Below, in pieces: positions 39,681 to 52,380 of a DNA stretch of 64,000 bases. Positions within the stretch are counted from its first letter, which is position 1, and the number at the start of each line of letters is the position of its first letter. The DNA is taken from the NCBI RefSeq assembly GCF_006345805.1, contig NC_042998.1:190898001-190962000 (forward strand). Direction: 5' to 3'. Made by a program: the position numbers and the translations under genes. Source of the stretch: Octopus sinensis (Eukaryota). The notes beneath the pieces are model-generated. The model saw only the letters and a list, made by a program, of their open reading frames with translations. It was not told where the DNA came from and ran no database searches.

Positions 39681-41314
39681 CCTTTCTCGAGACCAAACTG
39701 CTAATTAAAATAGTATAAAATCGTAGTTTGGATGTGTGAGATAAAAACAACAAAACCTCTGGAAGAGTATAAATGTCCTAATTATGTGGTTCTGGCAGCA
39801 GCTAATAACATGATTCTAAGAGGGAAAGTAAAATAAGCAAATTAAGAAGGCGTTGTATGAGAAATTGGATGGGAACTCAGAAAGAAACATAAAAGAGAAT
39901 ACTTAATCATAGCACGATCAAATCACGGTAACTATCTCGAAAAGAAAATGAATTACATTCTGCTGTGGTAGCACACAATCTTTTTTCAGGCCCAGTATTT
40001 ATGGGAACCTGTGTGAATGGTTTTGTTTTAAGACATTTGTCTTTAATGCGAGCAACGTTAGAATTACAGATAAGTAACTGGTAAAAATTTACTTGTTCTA
40101 CAAGAAATAGTCCAAGTTCTACTTCCTTAACTGAAGTGTTGGGATTCAGTGCAGAGATTATTGGAGTCACATTGGGTGTTGTGGGTTGTTTGAAATTCAT
40201 TTCATCCAATATCCTTGTCAATCTATCACTTTTCTTAGAGATAACCTATGAAGTTGATCCTCAAATATACAGTTTCTAATCCTTTCATTATTTCAACTTC
40301 TAAATTGTTGATAAACTAGGAAAATTTATTTCAAAAAGTAATTTGTTTGAAGAAAAGACGGATAGATTCAATATAAAAAACATAATGGAATTCAGAAAAG
40401 AAAGCAAATAAATAAATAAAATAGGAAAAAGAAAGTCCAATAAACACGACATAAACAAGCAAGGAAAAAATGAGTGAACAACGATGTTAACAAGATAGAG
40501 AAAAAGAGAGAAAGAAAAAACAGTGAGCTAGATAATCTTTAATAAAACCTGTTCTTTGAAGACATGCTAATGGTAAAGAAGTATTAGTTTGTAATCTTAA
40601 TGGCTGTGAAGAATTTTTGCATCACCAAATAATCACTTTAGATATCAATGATTTAGACGCTATTTGAATCAATAAAACAGATTTCACCCTTTCTAAATCT
40701 ACTCTTTTCCTACTGTTCCCACATGGTTCCTTACCGAACTATCTACTGACATATCTATTGATGCTTCTATCATCCTGTTTTAGCCTTATATAATCGGATT
40801 AGGTCGATGACGTCTATGATCATGTCAAAATATTTGTTTTCGGAAATAATTTAATCTTTTTATCAACTTGAAATAATAAGGAGGAAAACTAGCATTAGTC
40901 GTCCTTCTCAAGATTGCTGTCAGTGTAATGAACAATCATTTGTTGTTTAGAATTAAAGCTAATTGGAATTGTTTATCAAAAAATTCTCTTAGTTTAAGGA
41001 AGCCAGTCATGAATATTAATTAAGATAATGTTAAAACCTGTTTGAGGAATATATAAATCATCTTATGTTAAATTGTTTTTTGACTTGGAATAAATACCTT
41101 GTATTAGAGATTAGAGACAGACATGTTATTTTGAGCCACGAGACTCTGATAAGGGAAATAGCTTCAACTAGTAATTGAACCCATCCCACAGTCATAGCCT
41201 AGTCATAGTCATAGCCCAGTCATAGTCTTGCTCTACGATGATTTCTACATCAGTTTACAATGATATATGATTTTAAATCGTGACACTGCACATATGTACA
41301 AAACATTTTTTTCT

Positions 41315-41385
41315 CCCCAAAAAGAAAAGCTCTACTTTGTAATTTGTCCCGTCTGTATTCAGTCCTGTGTGGCTAATAAAGAAAC
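41315..41385 (+). mobile_element. Retroelement 3'-tail fragment
   Basis: Matches 37572-37641. Confidence 0.6.
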
Positions 41386-43703
41386 AATTGACATCTAGAA
41401 TTTAGCTGGTAGAGAATTCATCGACTGAGGTGTTAAAAACTCGATGTTGGCTCCAGTAAAATTTGAGCTCCAAATGCAGAAGATGGGAAGTAATTAAAAT
41501 CGGTGTCATTTTCGTAATGTACGCAAGCGATCGATTTTGTAGCGCACAGCCTTCAGTTTTGATATTAAACTTCGTGACCTAAATGAATAAGCCTCCACAG
41601 AAACTGTACAATATCAAGTTAAGTGTTTAGCAGTATATGAAAAGTTGGTGAATTGCTGATGGCTAGAATATTGGACCATCGGTTCAAGAGTCATTGGCTG
41701 ATATCTACTGCGCGTGTTTAGTTTTGCTTATGACCTGAACAATATATTTCACATTGTCACAGATCCTCCCACAGAGTCATAGAAATAGGTACCTGATTAA
41801 TCAGATGCAAAAACCACTAGCCCACGCCGTTTTGGTCCGTTACATAGGAGACCGGGCTTTGTTTCTAACATTAAGTACTTGTATGACCTGTATGGAAATA
41901 TTTTATTACATATCAAATTTCTCATGTATAGGAATATCCACTGTTAGTTGGATATTATTCTAGGTTAACCAGAATAAGACTAGTCATTACATCTCTACAT
42001 TCTGGTTACTGTGGTAGGTGTGTAAAGCTTTCATAACGCCTCCGTTTGCGTCCATTGCAAGTTGAGCATCTTTTTTTTTCAAACAGAATAAACATGAAAT
42101 CGAGTTCCTTTTTGACTGTACTCGATTTTGCTTTAATTCAACTATAACCCTCCGCTGAACAAACTATTTTGTATCTACTAAAATCAATTTTAACTTGTAG
42201 ATGCGGTATAGAGGTATTACATCAGTCTCAGTTTAAACGGGGCACAATACCTGACAAATGAGAGGTATAGAGAGTTGATTCAGTCCAGCACATGCCTTTT
42301 AAATTTACAGACAAGGGCTGCCTCAATATTTGGCTAATGAGACTCATAAGCATTTGACTCAGCTACAATATATATTTAACGAGAGCTTCGGAGGCTGATT
42401 TGTTGTCAGTCCATGTTTGCTGAGAGGTACAAACAGTTGACTCCGTCTCACTACATGTCTGTTAGTACGTCAAAGTAGATTTAGGTGGGAAGTGAATTCA
42501 AAGATTAGAACAACAAAACTAAATACTATGGCTTGTTGTTGTTACCGTTGTTGCTGCTACTTGTCGCCAGACAGTACTGATAGATTAGACATATAATTAA
42601 AATATTTGACCATCCCGTTTTAGCTTCAGAAATAGTGTATCTATAACTTCATTAAAACAATTAGTAATTTGGAGGCGACTTATCTGCTATGTCTAGCAGA
42701 ACAAGTGACCACATAGGCGCTTCCTTAGCTTTTACTCGACATTTTACCGTTTCCCACTGCCACCCCATCGCCATCCCGCCACCTGTTATAGAAAAAAATT
42801 GGAGAAATCAATATTATACTTCATACTCGAGAATCCAACTACTTGTCGCTGACTTAATTAAATTTTTATTATTTAATACGAAACTAACTAATCGATTTAA
42901 AAATACTTTAAAATTACTCTCGAAACATTCAAATGTGAAGTGCGTAAGTACATTCTGTGAGTTGTCAGTGTGCTAAGGAATAAACGCAACCAATATCCTT
43001 CTTTTCGGGGAGGAAAAATGTTTTTAAAGCTTCAAGTCAAACTCCCACACAAATCAGTTTAAATGAACCAAGTTTTTATTCTATTGTCAACATCGATTTT
43101 TAGTTATAATTTAATGGCATGAAAAGAGACAGAATCATTTTCAGTAATTTTGTATGAATATTAAGGAAAGAAAATTGAGATATTAGATGGTTAGTTACTA
43201 AACATGAAAAATAGGCATTGTAGTTGTTGCGAACACTCAAACGATAACCGTTCCGAAATAAGACTCTGCTATTTCATCATAAAATATGATTACACAAAAT
43301 TAAGCAAATTCCAAGTTTCCGAGATATTTCTTTTTTTAAAACATGCATTGACGAATCAAAAGATACTTTATTTGATTAGAAAGCTGATAATATCTAGAAA
43401 TAATATCATAAAAGAAAAGGAAGTTGATGTTCTTTGAATATGGATGATATTCTACCAGTAGATTACAGATTGACCTGTTTCAAGGCCGTCGTTTGTTGCA
43501 TATTTGCCAACAGAACTCTCTCTTTCTCTCAATAATTGTATAACTATACAAGCAAATAACATTCAGCAGAGGATTTAGATTTAAGATTATTTTCATATTA
43601 CTTTTACCGAAAGTTGTGGTGCTTATGATATATGTGCATATATGTTTACAGAATTAAAGGTATGTTCTAATTTTGGACTTACACCTTAAGGCGGAAAAGT
43701 GTT

Positions 43704-44224
43704 CATCATCATCATTGTTCAACCGTGGTCGAGACAATGGAATTTACCATGCTACGCCAGACTTCACGGTCCATCATGGCATTACGGAGGTCCTGTTGCT
43801 GGATGCCTGTATCCCTGGAGATTACATCAGGGTAGGAGAGTGTGCGCCTTCTGGTATTGCGAGTAGATGGCTTCCAGAGGAGAAGAGTAGAAATTACCTC
43901 TTTTTTCAGCTCTACAACAATGTCCAGCAAACTGGACTCTCCTACCTTTCACAAGAGATGACACAGGTGGTAGTTTCCCATATATTTGCATTTTGGTTGG
44001 ATGGCGCTTCCACGAGAGATTTTGAGCTCTCATAAGGAGGCGAGTGTAAGTTCTATCCAACCGCCTCTCAAGCTTCTTTGATAACGTCCAGGTTTCTGAT
44101 CCATATAGTAGAATTGGTTCGACTGTGGCTTTGAAGATTTCAAGTTTGAAGTCTCTACTTAGATTTGATGACCAGATCTTATGCATGTCATTACAGGCTG
44201 ACCAGGCCATACCCTTTCTAGTTA
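43704..44224 (-). mobile_element. 5'-truncated RTE-clade LINE (ORF2 C-terminus) with (TGA)n tail and 10-bp TSD
   Basis: KLEIFKATVEPILLYGSETWTL...VQFAGHCCRAE, then a frameshift into EVISTLLLWKP...YPDVISRD...AMMDREVWR; TSD gaaaagtgtt at 43694-43703 and 44225-44234. Confidence 0.92.
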
Positions 44225-44719
44225 GAAAAGTGTTGGTGTACTAAAGGGAAATACTTTTATAAATCCGTTGGGGATACTAACCTTAGAACGTTTTATGATT
44301 ACATAATGGGGATTTGCTGATCATTGATAAGAAATACTAGAATTTCTCTCTATATGGCAATAATTATCGTGCCTACACGATAATTTCCCGAGCACGCGCT
44401 CAGGCTTACGCGTGCAAAAGCAGATACTGGTACTCACACACTGCTTTTCAATGTCTAATCCTTGGTGGTATTTGAAACATAATCGACAAAGATATATTAG
44501 GATGACAATTCGCAACTTAATAACGTATATACCATTCTCAAATATAAATTATACAACCTATTCGCAACATTGTTACAGCCAGACTACAGTTGTGTTCTTG
44601 CACCCTCTATGAATTAAAATCTTGCCACGGCAAAGTTCCTAATACTACAGACACTCTTCCGCCAATTTTCATATTCACGTTCTGAATAAAAATATATTTA
44701 TGAATGTTAATAGACATAT

Positions 44720-45130
44720 GGCGCAGGAGTGGCTGTGTGGTAAGTAGCTTGCTTAACAACCACATGGTTTCGGGTTCAGTCTCACTGCGTGGCACCTTGG
44801 GCAAGTATCTTCTACTATAGCCTCGGGCCGACCAAAGCCTTGTGAGTGGATTTGGTAGACGGAAACTGAAAGAAGCCCGTCGTATATATGTATATGTATA
44901 TATATATATGTGTGTGTTTGTGTGTCTGTGCTTGTCCCCCTAACATCGCTTGACAACAGATGCTGGTGTGTTTACGTCACCGTAACTTAGCAGTTCGGCA
45001 AAAGCGACCGATAGCATAAGTACTGGGCTTACAAAGAATAAGTCCTGGGGTCGATTTGCTCGGCTAAAGGCGGTGCTCCAGCATGGCCGCAGTCAAATGA
45101 CTGAAACAAGTAAAAGAGTAAAAGAGAGTA
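44720..45130 (+). mobile_element. tRNA-derived SINE family 2, full length
   Basis: Head ggcgcaggagtggctgtgtggtaag, ggttcagtc box, internal TA/TG tract, tail gtaaaagagtaaaagagagta. Confidence 0.95.
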
Positions 45131-45990
45131 ATACATATATGAGAGTTAAGACATTTTAGCAAAATTTCCAACAGGTCCTGAATTTAAATAAACTCTATTA
45201 AAAGATTTGCAAAATATATGACAAATTCAGTGGTGTCGTTAATGATTGTGTAAAAGTGTAAAGCATTGGTTAAAATTCCTTATCGGTGTTCTGATAACAA
45301 ATTTATTTTGAGATCTTATCTGGTTTCACTGTGTATAGAATACTAGCAACGACAAAATACGTTAAGTTTCTGCATATACTTCGAAGAAGCCTGCATTGTC
45401 ATCGATTGGTACTGCAGGCATCTCATTTAACAGTTTAATGGAAAATAGATCTTTGATGTATGGCGCAAAAAGAGAAGCCATCAAGGGGTTGAGTTTCATC
45501 CCTTCTTAGTCCATTAGTTCGACGTCAGACTGCAGCTGGCTGAATACTGTCACAAGCACGTGTCAATAAAGTAGTTACCGCCAATTACAACGTACAGTGT
45601 GTCAAACTGCAACATTTAATCGAAGCTAAATTTAATATAATGTAAGAAGAAAAAAAATAGTCACATCTAATTCCCTATAACTAGAATGAAATTTTAAAAT
45701 AAACATGTAACTATGGACACGATAAATTCTTAATTAGAAAAGACTCAGTTTTAATGTGTAATAAGAATGTATCTATTGTATATAATAGAAACACACACAA
45801 ACACACACATAAACACGTACACAACCACACACACACACACCACATACATACACACACACACAGAGGTGTGGGGGGAGAGGCGTGTATGTCTATCTGTGTG
45901 TGTATCTATACCATACAGTCATTCACATACACATACAGACTCACCTGCTCACGTGTATAGGTACTTGTATATATAAATAAATAAATTTAA

Positions 45991-46062
<72 letters not shown>

Positions 46063-46243
46063 TACATACGTATATATACACACATACACACATACATATA
46101 CATATATACACACAGACACATACATACAAACACACGCACACGCGCACACACACATACACATATAAATATATGCAAATGAGCAGCCCAAAGCACGCTAATG
46201 AAGACATGTTAAGACATACATGCACGCATAGACACATGCTCGC

Positions 46244-46289
<46 letters not shown>

Positions 46290-47221
46290 TCACACACATG
46301 TACATGCATATATGTAATTACGGACTAGATGTGTTCCATAGAATTCTAATAACGTCGGTTATGATGTTTACAAAAACAAAGCTCTCGACACCTTTCGTTG
46401 TCTATCCATTACATGTATGAAAGAAAATATATACTAATTAGAAAATATATTAGCATGGCAAAAACAAAATGCAGAAACCCACAAACAATTTAGCAAAATA
46501 ATTATCTCACAAGCAAGAGAAAGACACGGAGAATAATATGTAACGTTTAGAGCGAAATTTTGTAAGGCAAGGGGAATAACTATATTTCTACTGATTAATA
46601 TATTATTGAACTATTCAAGGGGGATAAGTTATTATTTTGCATATTGTAAATGAAAATATTGGTTTCTTTGAGTGCATTACTGGAATTGTATAATTTTAGT
46701 GAAGAGAAATTCTATAAATATATATTAAAATATTCATGATTATCACATGAGTATTATTTTATTCTTACAGTGTAACGATTAAGCAAAAGATTAAAACTGA
46801 AAATATTCTTTAGACAAGCTTTAAGGATATTCATTATATATTATTTGTAGCATATGTTCAATTCGTTTGTCATGTAGAACATGTGTTACAAGGTGAGCAG
46901 ATTTGCCTTCTGGTGATTTGTTAAAGGTCCTCTGGGAAAGAAATTATTGTCTTCCTTTAATTATGCTTACAAAGGTATTATGCAGACGAAAATTTTATTC
47001 GTTGGAGATAAAAAAAATCTGTTAAATGCTCTAACGACTAACGATTTCAAAAGCACTCTTGTAAGGCAAAATGTATGTATCTATGTATGTATGTATGTAT
47101 GTATGTATGTATGCATGTATGTATGTATGTATGTATGTATGTATGTATGTATGTATGTATGTATGTATGTGTGTGTATGTATATATGTACATCGTATGTA
47201 TGCATGTATACTTATAAACAG

Positions 47222-47265
<44 letters not shown>

Positions 47266-47509
47266 CCAAAAACATATGTGTGTCTGTGTGTCTGTTTGGG
47301 TGTGTGTGCAAGTGTGTATATGTGTTAAGCCATTGTGTGTGTTTGCGTCTGTATGAGTGAACAGATATAAATTAAGGAGATTAAATGTGTAATATGAGGA
47401 GATAATCTTATAAAGAGGCTAGCGCCTCCGTTTCACTCTATAGAATTCTGTTGTAAAGAGAGTATAGTGCATTTCTGAAAGGAGAAAATATGTAAATATA
47501 TTTTCGCCA

Positions 47510-47576
<67 letters not shown>

Positions 47577-47683
47577 TATGTATGTATGTATGTATGTATG
47601 TATGTATGTATGTATTATGTATGTATGTATGTATGTATTTATGTATATATGTATTTATGTCTCTATATATACATACATGAGTA

Positions 47684-47721
<38 letters not shown>

Positions 47722-47733
47722 GTATATATATAT

Positions 47734-47767
<34 letters not shown>

Positions 47768-49349
47768 ATATATATATATATATATTCATATGTAAATATT
47801 TGCGTCTGTATATCTGTGTATCTGTGCTTCTGATTGCGTGTTTGTGTGTGTGTGTGTGTGTGTACGCGACGCGCGTGTTCGTGTGTCCTTGTTTTAATGC
47901 CAAAGCATATATATGTTTCGAAATCACTCTCTCATATCAAAGAAACTTGGTTGGGAACGTATATTTGTAATTACATTATTCCATTAAACTAATTGTATTA
48001 CACTTCCTGAATACTGAATAGATTTATCAAAATAATAATAATAATAATAATTATACCAACGACAGAAGCAACAAAAGTAACAACGACAGAAATTTCTAAA
48101 ATAATAAATAAATAAATAAATTCGTGATTCCGATAGCTTCTACTAAAATTGTTTAAACACTCTTTACTGTAAAATTCGGTAAGAAAATTATCATGATAGG
48201 AAATGTTTTAATAGCTTAAAGGGGAGATAATTACTGAAAGAAATAATAACTGAAGTAACTCAGGGACAGATGGGATTGTTGTGAAACAGAATTAAAGTGA
48301 AATCTGAAATATTATTTACATTTGTGCCTTCAGCAAATAGCCTAATCGAGGGATACGCATACTCACGCATGCACGCAAACACACACACAAACGCGCGCGC
48401 GCACGCACACAGGTGTATAACAGGCTATTTTTATGTTCGGAGCTCTGTATCATATTTATTGTTCTTATTAATCCAAGTTCGCTGATGATTTTAACTGGAT
48501 AAATTTGCTGTAATGGCTGGTCTTACAACGCTTAATTTGGACGTCTACTACCATGGCCGCCGACTGACCTATGTTTCTCAGAGTGAAATTTACGCAAAGC
48601 AAACCGTTTCAGACCTATAACTAGTGGGAACAATTTGCCATAGACTGGAGAAATAGACCGAATGTTTGGAAGAGGACAGAGCGCAATGGAGTTATCTGTA
48701 TTAACACAATTCTGCTGATGTCACCATCCTCCCCTACACATCTGAACAACGACCTTTGCTTGTCTTTTGTTTGTCCACACGCTCTGGAGAAGGAATCATA
48801 AGCCCGAAATATAGAAACTATAAGATAAAACTCCAACTTTGTTCTGTTTTCATTTTGTAGTTTACTTTATCTCATCTCGCATTATTCCGCCCTTACCTAA
48901 GAAGTTTCTTTAATTCAATATATCTACAGCTGTAAATGTATTTTAACTACGTCTATTTTGTGTAAACTAATTTCATTTTCTGGAATGAAGCGTAGCTCGC
49001 GCTTAACTTATTCAAGTAGCTTGGTGAAAGAGCAAAGTTTAAAACGGAACAAAACTAAACAAAAGCCACATGTTTATAGCAGCAAAGAAACAAAAAGCAA
49101 AACAAATCCTCTACATTTTATTTCTTCTTGCTCAGTAGTCTTTGATATTCAATATTTTCAGAGACACGAAGGCAAACAGGTACGAAGTCAATCACACAAA
49201 TACCATGCAAAACCAAATAAAAGAAGAAAGGTATCAGATATATTTATCTATACATTCTTTTTCACTTGAATATATTTAAAATATGGATTGGTAGGGCAAT
49301 AATTATGTGTTGTTCTTTATAACCGAAATAAGTGTGATACGGGTGTACG

Positions 49350-49641
49350 TACGTACGTATGTATGTATGTATGTATGTATGTATGTATGTATGTATGTAT
49401 GTATGTATGTATGTATGTATGTATGTATGTATGTATGTATGTATGTATGTATGTATGTATGTACGTATGTATGTATGTATGTGTGTATGTGGCGGAGGTG
49501 GGGTTGCTGGTCGCATCAGTGTTTTGTTCTTCAAAACAAGATATTATTAGTCTCTGCTATGATACTGAGGCCTCTTTTTACGATACACACATATGTATAT
49601 ATCAGGAGGGGAAAGTGTGAGAGAGAGAGAGAGATAGAGAA

Positions 49642-49672
<31 letters not shown>

Positions 49673-49690
49673 AAAGAGGGAGAAACTTAC

Positions 49691-49721
<31 letters not shown>

Positions 49722-49756
49722 GAGAGAAACTGGAAAAGAGAAGGAGAGGGAGAGAA

Positions 49757-49809
<53 letters not shown>

Positions 49810-49810
49810 A
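49350..49810. repeat. (GTAT)n, (GA)n and (GT)n microsatellites
   Basis: Seen directly. Confidence 0.95.
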
Positions 49811-50289
49811 TATAATAACAGTTTGACTCAGCTCCACGTGATTTAAAGTTTCGTGGGTGCATTTCGATTGTGAAGTACTATCATTGAGAAAGACAGAAAG
49901 AGAGAGGGGGAGGAGACGGAGAAGGGAGAAAATAAATAAAAGATACTAAGAATGTTGGTGAGACGTATATACAATGCACTGAGAATATGTTATTGATTTT
50001 TTTGTTTGTTTAAACCATGACCAATCCATGATCAAAAGACAATCCAGCTACGACCAATAAATGAATTAATGTTTATTTCTTTTTTATTCTCAGATATCAA
50101 ATATAATATATTTAGGACTACATTATGCAATATGTTGGTTAATTTTCTTTAAGATATTACGACGTGATGTGAGATTTAGCTGCTATTTCTAGCAGTTTGA
50201 TCGGGCAGCTACATTGGTATTCCTTCATTGACCCATTGAATATCTATTGTTGCTATTGTTTAAATCAGATCCTTTCTCATGAGTAGAGA

Positions 50290-50294
50290 AATAA

Positions 50295-50378
<84 letters not shown>
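50290..50378. repeat. (AAT)n microsatellite
   Basis: Seen directly. Confidence 0.97.
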
Positions 50379-51344
50379 TTGCCCTAGGAGTCGGGAAGAC
50401 GCTCGGCAAGAAATGGAAGCAAATTTGAAAGAAGAAGAAAAAAAAATAATAATAATGATCATCATTGACATCAGAAATTGCAAATCAAAGTGAGCTCGCT
50501 GGGGTTTGAACTGAGAATAGAAAGGGATGTAACTAAATAACATAATATATATCTTTGCATGGTGCTCTATCGGTTCTGAAGTCCTCTATCCTGGTAGTAA
50601 TTATGATACAAAAAAAAAAAAAATGGAGAACAAAATGCCGTTTTGCATTTAGTTTCCACAATTTACATTCTTACTCAAATCTCACTTGTTTGGAATCCGC
50701 GTTTCGCCCTTCCAGTGACGATAAAATAAAGTAACATTGATGTACAGAAGTCGATATAATCGCCCTTGAACGACCTCCAGATAAAGGACTTCTTAGAACT
50801 AAATACTACTTTCCAAATAAAGCAGGGGATCGGCTGTACCAGTTAAGCAGCAGGCTGTACCTAGTTATGTGTTTGCTCTCGAGACTAGCTCATGGAGACA
50901 TTGTTTATCTGGACTTTCAAATCGTTTAGGTGAGAGAAATTACAAAATTCTATGTTTCCGAAAGGACGCCAGTCTGTCAAAGGATTAATCACCAGCTACC
51001 ATTTATACTCACTCCAAGTTACCTAGACTGAAGCAAGAAAAGATGAAGTGTCTTTTTCGAGGACAAACGTACTGCCAAATCCGAGAATAGAATTCACGAT
51101 TTAACGAACGTTGAATTGAAGATCATGAAATGCCACTTTTCTTCACTGCTTGTTGTCTGGTATAAAATGAAATACTTGTCAAGTACTGAGATCAATGTAA
51201 GCGACTTATGTCATTATTCCAGTATAAAATTTAGACCACACAAAAATCTTCAGATAATATAAAGCTAGGAATAAATTATCCAAATATCCGTCGAATATTT
51301 TAATGAGGATAGGCACGAAAATTTCTATTTCAAGGAGATATTAC

Positions 51345-51728
51345 CTATCATTTCTAGCGGATGGAGTGATTATGTTGGAATATATAGAGAGATATAGAGT
51401 CAAAGAGAGAATGAAGTGAGGAGAGAGATAGACTGACTTCATCAGTGATTTCTGAGAGACAAAGAATGTGTAGAAAGTAAAGGAATGGAAAATAGAAAAC
51501 AACAACAGCAAAAGCAACCACTCCGAAAGATTGAACATAACAGGAGACAATTAGAAGTGGAAGAAACACGAGTGAGAAAGAGAGAAGAGAAGGAGGGAGA
51601 AATTTAAAAAGAATACACCGATGGGTGAAAGGAGGAGAAGATGAGGAGGAAAAGCGTGCTTGCGATTGGTTGCCGTTAAAAGGATCATTGGTGGTGTGTT
51701 AGATTTCAAAGGCAGACATATTGATTGG
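51345..51728 (-). promoter_or_regulatory. Candidate promoter and first exon
   Basis: Minus-strand CCAAT at 51728-51724 and 51669-51665, CT-rich leader, ATG ATA G|gtaata donor at 51345/51344. Confidence 0.25.
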
Positions 51729-52120
51729 AAATGATTGTCAAAAAATCTCACTACCTCCTCCTCATCTTCGTCTTCGTCGTCCTCCTCCTCCGCTTTTTCG
51801 TTCTACATTTCTTCCACTTCTTCAATTTTATTTCTTTTCTCCCTTCCCCGTCTCCTGCCCCCCTCTCTCTCTTTCTGTCTTTCTCAATGATAGTACCTCA
51901 CAATCGAACCAAACATACATGCACACCTACTTACAGATGCACATGCAAACATAGCTATACATATACTTACAGGTATACACACAGATGCACATACCAAATA
52001 GAGTGTAGTTTTGATCGAGATTTAGCAGTTATTTCTATCAGAAGGACTGATCACACAGAAGTGCTTTCTTTGGCACCGACATTCAAATACTACAGAAGAT
52101 AAATATCGTAGCATAGATAA

Positions 52121-52212
<92 letters not shown>

Positions 52213-52223
52213 TAATATGAGGG

Positions 52224-52380
52224 AATATTATTCCAAACTTACAGGGAAAAATTCAATATAGAAGTACTAAATCAAATTTCACAAAATACAATATATAATA
52301 TATAATAATAAGTAATTTTTCTAAATGGTATACTTTCATTTTTCATTATTGAATAGATAAGTGTTTTTTCTAATTTATAT
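52224..52380 (+). repeat. Linear (non-folded) member of the repeat seen at 35564
   Basis: Shares aatattattccaaacttacaggg...tttcacaaaata and ttttcattattgaat...ttttttctaatttatat. Confidence 0.8.

Noticed and set aside
39514-39697. Minus-strand 184-nt open exon with CAG acceptor and GTAAGT donor
   Set aside because: Weak pyrimidine tract, no recognisable product, and it overlaps a probable plus-strand LINE remnant.
39907-40221. 104-aa non-repetitive ORF
   Set aside because: Non-ATG start, no domain motif and no convincing splice sites.
48500-48830. Exon or RTE remnant (WEQFAIDWRNRP)
   Set aside because: Short similarity, stops nearby, no tail or TSD.
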